From Ophelia neglecta (Eukaryota), in assembly GCA_965285935.1 (NCBI GenBank), contig OZ260661.1:125612001-125676000 (forward strand): 64,000 bases of DNA. Direction: 5' to 3'. This document shows, piece by piece, positions 12,126 to 24,691 of the stretch. The stretch's first letter is position 1. Each line of letters opens with the position of its first letter. The notes beneath the pieces are model-generated. The model was given only the letters and a program-made list of their open reading frames with translations, ran no database searches and had not been told where the DNA came from. The position numbers and the translations under genes were made by a program.

Positions 12126-15100
12126 TGTATTGCCGAGTGATTATAGGCTTTAAAGAGGTTCGTTTGCGATAATAGCCTGTAGGACCGCTCAATTCTCCTG
12201 CTGAATTCCAAATATTACTTTTCATAAATTTGATACATGTGTTTCGTTATATAATATGTTTCAGCTTACAACATTAGATGGTTAGGTGAAAACAAGTGTA
12301 CGCATGCAGTTTATAATCAATGATACCCCAGCCACTTCTTTTCATACAGATTTCATCATTCCAATTAGTCCAAACCAAAATAAAAAGAGGAACTTAGTGC
12401 AACACAGCAAATAAAATATAAAGTACTAGCGCCTTACCGTTTAGGCCTTATTTTCAGCATCTATTGTTAAAGCTTATATTTATTCACTAAATGTCTGATT
12501 GCTGTCACTACCCATGTATAATGCTGAATAGTTTCAAACGAATGGAATCTAAGAAATCAATATGCTTGCGTAATTAGTTTTCAAATATTATAAATGCTCA
12601 CACTACATTAAAATAGTAGTGTATAAATGTAGATTCTTCAATCTTTAATAAACATTTACTATAGCGGTGAAGCCCTGTTGCGCTTAAACAGGCGATATTT
12701 TATTATCATACATCCATGATATACCCGGCAATATGATTGTTTGAGAGCTATGGTCTAGATTGGCGTAGTTTGCGCTAGGGTTAGGCAATGGTGGCTAACC
12801 GCTGTACAGCAGAAGAAGGTGTTGGTTTCGAATGCTGGGAATTGGATCAATGTGGTGAATATTAATGTTTATACAGTCAACAGCTATTCTACATAACATA
12901 ATTGTTGTAGGCTATGAGTTTTCAAGATCGCTCTGGGGAACGTTCAATTCATTTATAGTGTTGTTATTGTAAACAAGGGGAATCAATTAAGATCACAGGT
13001 TGATGTAGTAAACACTATTGATGAACTCTAATAATTCATCAAATTAATATGGTTTAATTATAATATTCCGAACAAATTATAGAAGCCAACGTTTTGTTTT
13101 ATAAAATTGAATTAACCAAGTGATGTTGGTTTTTAGCCCAGATAAGGGATTGTGCTGATTAGCAATTAATCAGAACAGTATTGGGTGGCTGCAGTCAATA
13201 TACATTTTCAGCTTGTCATTATTTTATTATTGTGACTTAAAATGTGAAAAATGTTCGATCAATTGATCCCTTTATATATATTTTTTCTAATAAAGAGCAC
13301 ATTAACGTAATTTTAGTGACAATTCATTCAGAAAAACTTGACAGCTGTTTGTTTACATTCTCAGAGGTGTTTGCTCATGTGATCAACAGACCCTCATTAA
13401 TATCAATCAATGGTAATGAGAAAGCATACAAATGGCAATGTGTGGTGAGGTTCGTCCAAAATACCAAACGTTTATTCTTCTCTTGCATTCTTGTTAGAAA
13501 TGAGCCGAAACATCATCCTTTAAAATAATTTGACTCGAAGCCGTCGGAAACTTACCCACGTTTTTTATGCGATTTTCGCTCAAATTTTTGCAAAATCAGT
13601 ATATTTTTATAATTCTGCACCCTGTACACACTTTATCAATAAGAATGTATTTACAACTAAAAAGCAATTGTGTACACTGTTTTATGCATTTTGATCTGAT
13701 TATTTAACGAGTAAAGGTCAATATAAATGTTTTGTGTTTTTTTGGCTATGGGATAGACAATAATGCTGCGATGGCTGCGCAGCGTTTATTACACTGATTT
13801 GATTTAGATACGTATTTAAATTATTCCACTAGCCTAATATTATCACTGATAAATTTGACCTTTCAACTCTTTATTAAACAGTAACACATATACACACGCT
13901 CAGTAAATACAGGTGTATTGCTTGTGAAACTGAATATCAGTCTGCTGTAAGCACAGCCTATGAGTTGGATCTTTTGCTGATTTTGGATAGAAAAGATATT
14001 TTCAGTGATTTGCAAAAAACTCCGAAAGGAAATATTTCTCTTTTTTCCTTAATCATTTAAATATAAATATATACAAAACAAAAGTATTTACTTTGGAAGA
14101 AAGCAGTAGACTATTAAGGTGTTAAAGGCACTCAGTCTTTAGTTTGCTAAAAATATATGGACTGCATTCTAAACGTATAATCGTTATCTATGGCGTAGAA
14201 TAGTCATAATCGCAAAGTAAAGAATGAGTGATAATTTTGCATTTTCGATTTATCTATTGAATAATAAAAAAGTCTTCAGGGGCCAAGATCAAAGGTATAT
14301 CATATGCATCCAGCATATAACTGTAAGAATTTACTCTCCCAGACTATTGAGCAGATTTTAATCAAAATTAACACGCCCAACAATAATGTCGAAATTAAAC
14401 CTAGGTATTTAACAACTTCAAATATCTACAACATGATTTAATCCCAGGTTATTTCCCAAAACATTGATCTGGCAAATCCTAATATTTCTCCTACACAATG
14501 ATATTTTTCTGTGACGATGGATGACAAGATTACTTACCTTGCAATAGGTATGGGAATACATATCCCATGGTTTAAAAGATTGGATTGAGGTTAACCGACC
14601 AGGATATACAGGCCTGGCACGATCATAATCCACCAGACCATTGTGCTCAGTGTATAAGACATTTTAAACTAGTCACACTTTCGAGAACTACTTGGCATCC
14701 CTGCCAAGGAATTTAGCTATTACGTGATGTAGATTTCGTTTAAATAACCACTGCTTGCCTGTAGAAACTGGTCGGTATATCCGGACCCCAAGAGCCCAAG
14801 GTAATGACAAAAATACTAGGTGAAATATTATGCTCTTCTTGAATATAAAAATACAGAAATATCACGGAATTGCGTAAACAATACTAATCAGTATTCTATC
14901 ATCAACGCCCTAATATGTTAAAATTGGTCAGTCTCATTAATGACAAAGAAACATGGTTTAAGTTGTCGATTTTTCTTGGCAAAATGGTGAACCCTTTCAA
15001 ATAAGAACATACCTGACCAATATTTACCCTCTAGTGTATATTATTGTGATTGAACTCCATGCATCGTAAAAGCCGTGAGTTAATAAATCTTTGAGCATTT

Positions 15101-17094
15101 AAATTATATTAAATTGAGTAGAATTACAATGAACTCACTACCGCAATTGAAAGTGAACCAAATTGGTACAAAGAGATAATGCTGCGGGCCTCGAATGCAG
15201 GGAGGACAACATGGGAAAGATGGGTGATGAGGTTAGATTTGCGGCAATGAAGCTGCTGCTGTGAGGGTAGGGACGAGTTTATTAGAGGGGTGCCGGGGGG
15301 GGGGTTATGGTTGGGAGCATTGAACGAGGGAGCTGGAAAGGGAGGGTAGAAAATGGAAGTTAGGAAGGCCACCTATTTACGATCTAGTGTAGAGTTTACA
15401 TTCCCATGTTGTTTCCACTATCTTTTACCGGGATGGGAATTGCACCCGGTGTTAAAGCTTGGTAGAGAAGAGTGCTTAGAAATTATATACGCATCATGGA
15501 AAACTGTTGAATACATCTCATCAAAAAGTTATATCCAATGAAAATCATTATTAATTAATTTATGACAAGCGAATTTACTGTTAGAGGTCTGGGGGTTTTT
15601 ATGGCTTGCTGGTGTTTCCTGGAGTTCTGACCGTTTAAATGGACTATTCATGATAAATGATTTTGTTTTTGCCGGGTAACCACTTCCAGTTTTCAGTGCT
15701 TTTATAATTAAATAATATGAAAACAGAAAACTCACAATCAACATTAATGACAAGAGGTATGTAACATGTGTAAGCATTAAATGAAAAAAAATATGCATTT
15801 TTCGTGTCAGTTCCAATTATGGAAGCCATGGTAACCTAAATCTTACTGTCAAGAGGTGTGTGTCTCTTTCATCCATACTTAAAGCTGAACTGCTCTTCTT
15901 AAAAGTAGTACACCCGTCCGGCATATCCTCTACTTCCAGTTATTCGTAGTACCAGCAAATCAATATAATGCAGGAGTGGCATGGCCTCCACGCAAATATA
16001 AGAAGACAGCTATGTATTGCCGTGTAAATACTGGGCTCAGTAAACCAGCCATGCGAGTGGAGTTGCCTGGGTTTAGTTTTCTTTTATTAGTTGAATACGT
16101 ATAAATCATATAACCGTAACCGACAGAAAACAAAATAATGCAACGTTAACCACTTTGCGTGTTTGGGAAATTTATATTCATTGTTTTCTGAAAATGTATA
16201 TTTTGTAGGACCTAACATACATAGAGATAGACTATCAGAACCTAGATTAGAAAAGACAAACACTTATATTATGGTTATATAGACCATAGCGTCTGGTATT
16301 CAAACACATCATAATTAATCCGGAAAAATGAAAGTTAATAATAATAAAAAAGAAAAAGAACAATAATAAATATAATAACAATCAAAACACATTTCAACAA
16401 ATCACCCAATAAACAAGTACACACTGGGCCAGTATTTTGTATATACCGTACCATTGGCCCAATACACGGGTAAGTGGGTCAATTTAGGTCCATTTTCCAC
16501 ATGCTGTACACTATTTGAGCTCACCTGCGTCGCGTTCAGTAACCACATATAAGCATTGGGCCAGTACATTATGTTTTCACTGCATGTACTGAACCATTAT
16601 TGGCCCAATTCTAAAAAACATCATTATTAAAGTAGGAGCAATTTGTTATTTTTATGTTTTCTTTGACTTTAATTATTTTCTAGAATATCAAGCAATTTGT
16701 TTTAGGTAGTACATTTTCGTTAGAGACAGTTTATCGGGTATTTAAAATTTTAGGTTCAATTAATTGCATTTCAATGTGGAGCTGCTTTCTTGCGAGATAG
16801 ACTTTGATGCGTAAAAGTGTTGCGTTTCAAATTTTCATCAGCACAAACTAAGCAGTGTCATTCATCAAGAAGAGCCCAGGGTCTGCAAAATGGATAATAT
16901 TTAAGAAACAGATTTGGTTACTGGATCTATGAAGTGTCCCTAACACTTAATGTGCATTGAAAAACGGGTTATTTTAATTAGATTTTGAGTCACAGTGATC
17001 TGGCTAGTTTGGCAGGTTAATTTGGCGGACATTGTATTCTTGATGAGGTAAGAGGTAGCAATAACTGCATATATATAAGATTATATATTATATT

Positions 17095-17246
17095 GGCAAT
17101 AATATTATATTATATTATATTATATTATATTATATTATATTATATCTAATCATATCACATCATTATAATTAATTATATTATGATATCATTATTTTTATAT
17201 TATTATTCTAACATTTATATATTATTATTATAATATTATTATTATA
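17095..17246. repeat. (ATATT)n microsatellite and AT low-complexity tract
   Basis: About 9 perfect ATATT copies at about 17102-17145, followed by degenerate TTA/ATT repeats. Confidence 0.9.
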
Positions 17247-19627
17247 TGAAAACCACTGAAAGCCAGGTCAGCTGCTGTCCGGGTCTCATATAGGAAATAT
17301 AATGATAGAAACTTGGATCAATTTAACACGTTTCTGAATTCACAAGACTGGAATCAGCTCAAATTCCACTGTAGTAACAATGATGTTAATGCAACCTATG
17401 ATTATTTATTACACACTTACAATACTGCCCTTGACATATCCATTCCTATATCGAGTTTGATAAATATAAACATAAAAGTAAACCTTGGATGACGTATTGG
17501 ATTCTACGATCCATCCATACTCGTGATATATTGTCCAAAAAACGTAACGCTAGTAAAGACTTGCCTGATTTTGAACTCCTAAATTCTAAATTTCTTTCAT
17601 ATCGATCTGTTCTTGATAAAACAATTAAAATGGCCAAAGAGTTGCATTGGCATGAAAGATTTAACAACTCTAAACATGATATAAAAAAGTGGTTGAAAAA
17701 CAGAGCTACATTAGGTACACAACACAAAAGGGATGTTCAAAATGTATCCTATGACTGTGACCTTAACAAAATTACTGATCCCCAATCAATTTCTGACAAC
17801 TTTAACTTGTTTTTCGCTGATATCGGTAAAAAAAATTGCTCAGCAATCACAGAACTCTAATGCTTGTGATTTTGCTGCTTTCTTGGATTCGCCCTCTTTA
17901 AATAGCATATATCTTGGGGAAACCACGGTGACAGAAATATTAAATATAGTTGGCAAAATGAAAGCAAAGACTTCATTTCGATATGATGGTATAACCCCTA
18001 AACTCACTAAGCAATCTATACAATCTATAGCCTTGCCTCTTATGTTAATTTTTAATACAATGTTGAAAACAGGTATATTTCCTTCTCACATGAATTTAGC
18101 TAAAAAACATTCCTTTTTTAAAAAGCGGGGACAAGACTTTGCTTACTAACTACACCCCCGTATCACTCCTTCCTTCATTTTCGAAAATATTTGAACGTCT
18201 TCTGTATAACCGTGATTATCAGTATCTAAACAAAAACAATATTCTATATGCCTCCCAATATGGATTCAGAAAAAAGCATGGCACGGAACATGCCTCAATA
18301 GAGCTTTTGGAACTTATAACAAATAAACTAAATAATAAGGAATATGTATTGTCTATTTTTATTGATTTGACTAAAGCATTTGACGGCCTTGATCACACAA
18401 CTCTCCTGTTCAAACTTCGAAACTATGGCATTCGTGGTATTGCTTATGCCATCATGGAAAGTTATCTCACGCAAAGATGTCAGTTTGTTCGCTTTAACAA
18501 TTTTGAGGCTAGTCACACGGTTGTATCATGTGGAGTACCAAAAGGTTCGATTCCTAGGACATTGTTCTTTTTAATTTTTATTAATGACTTCATCAACCCA
18601 CAGAAATGATCTAAAACCATCCTATTTGCCGATGATTCAAGTTTACTGCTCCATAATTGTAATTATTCTAGTCTTATTCTAAACATGAACACTGAAATAC
18701 AGAATGCAAACTTTTGGATAAAGTCAAATAAACTTGCTATGAATGTCACAAAAACAAAGTATATTATATTCGAAATCCACATAAAAATTGCCTCTTAATC
18801 TCCTAGATGTAAAACTTAATGGACAACCTCTCGAAAAAGTCCAGACTTTCAAATTTCTAGCCACTCTTTTTGACCAGCGTTTGGATTGGAAAGCCAACAT
18901 AAGTGAGAAATGCAGGAAAGTCTCATAAATAATAGGCATATTGTGTAATTTAAAATACATTCTTCCAAAAGATTCACTGAAATTGATAAATACTGCTCTT
19001 GTCCAGAAAAACCTGTAATGGATTATTTCTCCTTCAGAAAAAAGCTATGGATTTATTACAAAATCACACTTCTTGGCGCACACGGAACCCTTATTTAAAA
19101 AAATTAATATCCTCATGCTCACGATATATAAATCGCTGCCTAAAGCTTTACTTCTCTCTTCTCGATAAGAAATGCCCCGTGTTTATCTCTCAGATTGTTA
19201 GACTATCGCGAGATCACCCCCGTAGTCATAACACCAGATCTTTAGATGTAATCGAACAGAATCATATTCGATTAAATTATATTAAGCAATGTTTATGCTA
19301 TAAACTTTTCATTGCTACGCATCTAATTATTTATGATTTCAAGCATCCGCTGAGTTCTAACACAAACTTTAAGAAACTGCTTTTGTGCGGGTATTCTAGT
19401 TCATGTAACGTCGTTAATTGTTATTCATGCAATTTTATTCATGGCTCGAACATTCTGTAAAGTTCAACTTTAACGTTATCGTACTTCACTTAATTTGTAT
19501 CCACATGCAATCAACATGTTAACAAAATTGTAAATTTAATTGTATTGTGCTGCCACCATCCAGGGCGGCCAGACGTACACAGCCCCGGCCGTAATCTGGC
19601 GTCCTTAATAAAATGATTTAAATCAAA
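17247..19627 (+). pseudogene. 5'-truncated, frameshifted CR1/L2-group (Crack-like) LINE ORF2 remnant
   Basis: Consecutive broken ORFs carry KPWMT, NYTPVSLLPSFSKIFERL, QYGFR, FIDLTKAFD.LDH, GVPKGS, LFADDS and FKFL. The 3' end has a GC-rich stem-loop and AATAAA. Candidate 15-bp TSD AATATTATTATTATA at 17232-17246 and 19628-19642, in low-complexity sequence. Confidence 0.85.
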
Positions 19628-19689
19628 AATATTATTATTATAATAGTATTATAATATTATTATTGAGTGGTATTGGTAAAGCATATTGA

Positions 19690-19965
19690 GCCAATACTGA
19701 CCCAGTGCAGGGCCAGTTAATAAAACTACTACTGGACCAATTCACCGCCGCTATGCAAGAATTGAATTGGCCAATACTGGCTATTGGTATTGGGCCAGTA
19801 AAAACAGTATTGGTCGAGCATCGGGTCAGTGCTGACCAAGTGGTGGGCCAGTTATTTAAACGGGTACTGGGCCAATTCACCGCCGATGTTAAAGAATTAA
19901 ATGGGCCAATACTGGCTGTTTGCATTTGGCCAGTAAGTGTGCTTTATGGGCCCAATACTTTGCCA
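19690..19965. repeat. Two diverged ~135-bp tandem subterminal units of the EnSpm-like element
   Basis: GGGCCAGTTA...CCAATTCACCGCCG...AAGAATT.AAT.GGCCAATACTGGCT occurs at about 19710 and about 19845. Confidence 0.8.
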
Positions 19966-20451
19966 GTTATCCCATGTTAATTGGGCATCTATTTAAGCGG
20001 CTAGCTAATTTGCCTATCTTATTAAGCACAAGATAATGGACAAAGGAAATGATTAATTTGAATAATCATAATGGATCTTTATTACAACCAATGATGTTTT
20101 TTTGAATAATCATGATTATCCTGTTGTTATAGGGCATCAATAATTAAAATGACTTATGTAATGTAATAATGTTTTATTGACACATTACATGCTGACACAT
20201 ATATTCATCTAGGCTACATCATATTCTTACTTATTAATTCCTATGTGACATCATGCATTATGTATCAAATGGGAACTGAAGTATGGTATACTTGTGTGTC
20301 CCCTTTTTCAGGTACACCATTAACTTATCTCAATTACATGAAAGAAAGATGGTGCAAAAGTGCAAAAGAAATACAAAGACAAAAATAAGAAAATAAATAC
20401 ATTATTAGTGAACAGGGCTTAGATTTTTTTTTTATACATGGATGGTAGGAT

Positions 20452-23400
20452 CTAGGACAACAGTTTGAATTTCAATTTACTCTTAAAAATTGCAATTGTC
20501 TTACTACTAGACAGGCCGGATGGCACAACATGACAATTCCACAAGAGCGGACCAACATAGGCCAGAGTATTTTGCCTCAGTGATGTTCTACAGAAAGGTA
20601 CATCATAGTTTGAAATTGAGCTGCCTCGCATACTGTAATTGTGTTTCCTATTGTAAACCATGAACATATCATTAAAGTTACTCGGCAGTAATCCATTTTT
20701 ATGTTTATACATAAATACACAACACAAATAAATATTCAATTTGAATACATCCAGAAACTCACATTTCTTGAAAAGTAATGCGGTGTGTTCTTTATAGCCT
20801 ACATGACAGACAATTCTAATAAGTTTCTTTTGCAATACATGTAATTTTGAAAGGTAAACCTTGGGCGCTCTACCCCATATTTCATTACAGTATATTAAGT
20901 AAGGATAGACAAATGTATAGTATAATGATCTCAAGGTCAATGTATTCAGCACCTTTCTTGCTTTTTTGATTATTCCAATGCTTTTAGCAATTTTACCAGA
21001 TACATATTTAATATGTTCTGCCCAGTTGAGCTTATTATCAATAATAACTCCCAGAAACTTAGTTGAGATAACGGTATTAATTTTTGTTTCATCAATATAC
21101 ACATTGTAGCTCCGGTTTCTTAATTTAAAATTTGTAGTGAAGAGCATAGTGTGAGTTTTAGACACATTCAATGACAATCTATTAGCCCTTAACCAATCAG
21201 TTATCTTCAACATCTCATTTGACAGAACTTGTTCCATTTCATTAACATCTTTACCCTGCATAAATACATTTGTATCATCTGCAAACATGATTGGGAATGT
21301 TATGTCAGACACCATACTCAGATCATTAATATATAATAAAAACAAAAGTGGCCCGAGTATAGAACCCTGGGGCACACCGCATATTACCCGCCTGTGCGTT
21401 GACACAGCACCATTATATTTGACAAATTGTGTTCTATTATCTAGATAACTTTGCAGCCACTGCAACACCTTGCCGCGCATTCCATAGTATTGTAGCTTTG
21501 ATAGAAGTATATTGTGGTCCACTGTATCGAACGCCTTAGCAAAATCCAGAAACACCCCCAGCACATGGTTACCCTTGTCCAGAGCCTCAGTTATCTTATT
21601 AACTAAAGTACTTAGTGCCATTTGAGTGGAATATCCTTTCTTAAATCCAAATTGATATTCAGTTAATAAATTTAATCCGGTTATGTAATCATTTATCCTA
21701 TTGTACATAATTCGTTCATAGATCTTGGAGAAAACTGGCAATATAGAAACCGGTCTATAATTTTTAAACTCAGTTGGGCACCCTGATTTGAAAAGTGGAA
21801 TTACACATGCCACCTTAAGTTCTCGCGGAACAATACCATGTTCTAAAGATAAATTTATAATGTGACACAATGGTTCAACAAAATCTTGACATGATTGTTT
21901 CACTATTGAAGGCCTGATTTCATCAAATCCTGCACTGCTGTCTCGTAATTTTTTTATAACTTTATACAGCTCTGACACAGTGACGGGATTAACAAACATT
22001 GTACTGGCAAAGTTTCCCTTTAAATAATCAGAAGGAGTTTTAACACCTGTAGGTATTTTCTTGGCTAGGTTAGGGCCTACATGAATAAAAAAATCATTAA
22101 ATTGATCTGATATTACGTCCTTGTCATCTGTCAATTCACCATTGACTCGAAACTCTCTGTTACAAGGCACAAACGACTGTTTGCCAATTATACCCTTTAA
22201 AACCTTCCATGAATATCTAAGATTAGAGCTATGCTTTTTCAACTGCTCTCTTTGGTATTGTTTTTCTGCAATTCCAATTAGTTTGTAATATTTACTTTTA
22301 TATGCGTGATAGGTTATTTGATTAAATACTGTTGGTTTCTTTTGATATAAAGAAAACAATTTATTCTTAATTCGCATAGATTTTTCAAATCCTCTGGTAA
22401 TCCAAGGTTTGAATTTGCCTTTTCTTATCTTTTTTTGGACAATTGGAAATGCTATATCATATGCAGCAGAAAATAACTCAATAAACTTACTATATGCCCC
22501 TTGTGGCTCATTCATATTATAAACACTGGACCAGTCAATATTGGAAAATATAGATCTGAATGAAACCATATTCTTTTCTGTATACTGTCTCAGGTGGATA
22601 AATTCCTCCCTATCCTGATCAACATAGCACTCAGTGAGCAGAAATATTGGCAGGTGGTCAGAAATATCTGTATACAGTATACCAGCAGTTTGCACTGCAT
22701 CTCCAATAGTACTATTAGTGTATATATTATCAATTATGGTAGCCGAAGCATGTGTTACCCTAGTTGGTCTATTTATTAGAGGTACAAAAGAATTTGCAAA
22801 CATGCTATCAACATATGCCTGTGTATCACTGTGAGTGTCATAGTTCAATAGGTTGATATTAAAGTCACCCATAATATAACATTTGCTTTTTTCACTCCTT
22901 ACACCTTGCAATATTAAATCGATATGTTCTCTAAACACTGCTATATCAGTGTTGGGCGGCCGGTAAACAACGCCTACAATTGTTTTACAGTCCTTAGTTA
23001 TAGAACTATTCTTTAATTGAACAAACGTACATTCAATACACTCATTTGTGATTTCTAAGTCAGACCGTTTTATATACTCAATAGATTTATGCAAATACAA
23101 AGATACACCTCCACCTCTTTTTTCTCTTCTAGTACAGTGCACACTGCTATAGTTGTCAATTTCATATAAACCCAGAGTCTCCTCACTGAGCCAAGTCTCT
23201 GAGATTCCCATAATAGAAAAATTGAAATTAATTGTTTGAAGATATTCTGTTAAAGAGCCAAAGTTCTTAGGTGAACTGCGCACATTCAAATGAAACAGTG
23301 ACAATCCATTGATTATTGCTTTTTTCTTAACAATATCACTAAACTCATCCTCTAGGTAGTACCTACATGATATGCTCATACTGTTTGGAGCGAAGTTATT

Positions 23401-23505
23401 AACATCAGGATCGAGATCATTTGTGCAATCATCATCGTCATCAAGCTCAAAATTATTGCAACCAGAAACCAGACTGTTCAGCTTAATGATATCAGTGCCC
23501 TCCAT
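20452..23505 (-). CDS. LINE ORF2: apurinic-like endonuclease + reverse transcriptase
   Basis: Intact 1017 aa. EN motifs HLNVRS, ISETW, GGGVSLY, YRPP, MGDFN, PTR, IDNI, SDHLPI. RT motifs YRPVSIL, QFGF, FLDFAKAFDTVDH, GVPQGSILGPLLFLLYIND, MFADDT, KFLGV. Confidence 0.97.
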   Translation of the reverse strand: MEGTDIIKLNSLVSGCNNFELDDDDDCTNDLDPDVNNFAPNSMSISCRYYLEDEFSDIVKKKAIINGLSLFHLNVRSSPKNFGSLTEYLQTINFNFSIMGISETWLSEETLGLYEIDNYSSVHCTRREKRGGGVSLYLHKSIEYIKRSDLEITNECIECTFVQLKNSSITKDCKTIVGVVYRPPNTDIAVFREHIDLILQGVRSEKSKCYIMGDFNINLLNYDTHSDTQAYVDSMFANSFVPLINRPTRVTHASATIIDNIYTNSTIGDAVQTAGILYTDISDHLPIFLLTECYVDQDREEFIHLRQYTEKNMVSFRSIFSNIDWSSVYNMNEPQGAYSKFIELFSAAYDIAFPIVQKKIRKGKFKPWITRGFEKSMRIKNKLFSLYQKKPTVFNQITYHAYKSKYYKLIGIAEKQYQREQLKKHSSNLRYSWKVLKGIIGKQSFVPCNREFRVNGELTDDKDVISDQFNDFFIHVGPNLAKKIPTGVKTPSDYLKGNFASTMFVNPVTVSELYKVIKKLRDSSAGFDEIRPSIVKQSCQDFVEPLCHIINLSLEHGIVPRELKVACVIPLFKSGCPTEFKNYRPVSILPVFSKIYERIMYNRINDYITGLNLLTEYQFGFKKGYSTQMALSTLVNKITEALDKGNHVLGVFLDFAKAFDTVDHNILLSKLQYYGMRGKVLQWLQSYLDNRTQFVKYNGAVSTHRRVICGVPQGSILGPLLFLLYINDLSMVSDITFPIMFADDTNVFMQGKDVNEMEQVLSNEMLKITDWLRANRLSLNVSKTHTMLFTTNFKLRNRSYNVYIDETKINTVISTKFLGVIIDNKLNWAEHIKYVSGKIAKSIGIIKKARKVLNTLTLRSLYYTFVYPYLIYCNEIWGRAPKVYLSKLHVLQKKLIRIVCHVGYKEHTALLFKKCEFLDVFKLNIYLCCVFMYKHKNGLLPSNFNDMFMVYNRKHNYSMRGSSISNYDVPFCRTSLRQNTLAYVGPLLWNCHVVPSGLSSSKTIAIFKSKLKFKLLS

Positions 23506-23777
23506 AACCCCCAGAGTATATGCATTTGCAAAAATAAATCATCCATGTCTTAATCTCGGTATGTGTCAAGTAGATTAAATACAGCCAGTTCAAAAAACAA
23601 ACACTCCCAGTCAAAGAATGTGCTATTGTGTGCATATATTTGTTGATAAACAATATCGAATAATTTACAAACAGTGAATAATACAAATTTCTCTGCATTA
23701 CAAATTGCAGGAAGTCAGCAAAAAAGGTCAACTGACTAAAGTATATGTAGATAGAGAGAGTCAATTTAGCCGGTTTG

Positions 23778-24491
23778 CTAGTAGGCCTCTAGGTCTTCCT
23801 CACAATTGATATTTTTGATTTGGTTGTTCAAGTCCTTGATCACAATTCTCCCATCATAAGACCAACAGTCAGTTATTTTTTCTTCCCTCTTCTTACATCT
23901 AGCCTGATACAAAAGTTTGGACCGTAGCTGCGTCAAGTCTTCATTGATGAACACCTGGGGAAGTGTGGTCTGGTCCAGATGTCTTTTGTTTCTCATCAGC
24001 TCAAGTTTGGTTTTGTAAAATTTGAATTGGACAATAATTTGTCTGGAGTGATCTTTTTTGACCAGGGACTTCTTTGGGCCGATTCTGTGTACCCTGTTGA
24101 TGTCAGATTGTTGAATATTGGTATTTTTTATGTTGGCAAGAACATGCATGGCAACATTTTCTATATTTTCTCCCTCCTCTTCCTTCACCCCATTAATTCT
24201 AATTGAAGTACGCCTGCTGTATTGCTCCTGTGCATCAATACCTGCCTCTAGGATAGACACTTTTTTCTCAAGGTCCTGTATTTTGCTATCTCTTTCTTTA
24301 ATGTTATTTTCTATAGAAGTCATTCTTTCAATCCACAGGTGAGACAATTTGTTAGATAATTTTTGCACTAGAAGGTCTATCAGACTACTGTCGTCAAAAG
24401 CCTCCTTTATGCAATTTACAATTTCAGGAGTCAAGAGGACATTAGGTGGTGCTGATGTTGAGTCCGATCGAGTTGTTTTACCGCCCGGCAT
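23778..24491 (-). CDS. LINE ORF1 protein (coiled coil + RRM-like + C-terminal domain)
   Basis: Coiled coil followed by EQYSRRTSIRINGVKE, RVHRIG, RQIIVQF, VFINEDLT and CWSYDGRI, typical of CR1/L2-group ORF1p. First ATG at 24491; the frame is open to 24539. Confidence 0.9.
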   Translation of the reverse strand: MPGGKTTRSDSTSAPPNVLLTPEIVNCIKEAFDDSSLIDLLVQKLSNKLSHLWIERMTSIENNIKERDSKIQDLEKKVSILEAGIDAQEQYSRRTSIRINGVKEEEGENIENVAMHVLANIKNTNIQQSDINRVHRIGPKKSLVKKDHSRQIIVQFKFYKTKLELMRNKRHLDQTTLPQVFINEDLTQLRSKLLYQARCKKREEKITDCWSYDGRIVIKDLNNQIKNINCEEDLEAY

Positions 24492-24691
24492 AATGTTGAT
24501 ACTCAATTTCAGGGCCTTATATTCTTTGTTTACATTCACTCAGTGTGGGTGATATTGGGAGATTTACACTAGTCACTATAGCTTGGAGAGGCAACAGTAG
24601 TTAAAAGTTACCATATTTCCTTAATGCATTTTTGTAGAAACAATGTTCTTGGCCTCTCATCTCAAGTCCTCTTATTTCCTCCCTGTGAAGA

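Larger units (their letters stand above)
16405..19985. mobile_element. Non-autonomous EnSpm/CMC-like DNA transposon (CCC...GGG termini) with a nested LINE
   Basis: Imperfect TIRs, CCCAATAAACAAGTACACACTGGGCCAGTATT versus the reverse complement of the right end CCCAATTAACATGGGATAACTGGCAAAGTATT (22/32 matches). 2-bp TSD CA at 16403-16404 and 19986-19987. Many subterminal copies of a TACTGGGCCAGTA / TTGGCCCAATA motif at both ends. Confidence 0.65.
20157..24690 (-). mobile_element. Full-length two-ORF non-LTR retrotransposon, CR1/L2 group (Crack-like)
   Basis: ORF1 and an APE-RT ORF2 lie on the same strand with a 272-bp spacer. The 3' UTR ends in AATAAA plus a short CATTA/ATTAC repeat tail near 20157-20180. 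The 5' boundary is approximate. Confidence 0.88.

Noticed and set aside
12760-12845. tRNA/SINE-like A and B boxes
   Set aside because: The boxes are degenerate and no cloverleaf could be built
19638-19980. Repeat-containing ORFs; superficially CRISPR-like spacing
   Set aside because: Explained as subterminal repeats of a DNA transposon; no constant repeat with unique spacers, and the context is eukaryotic
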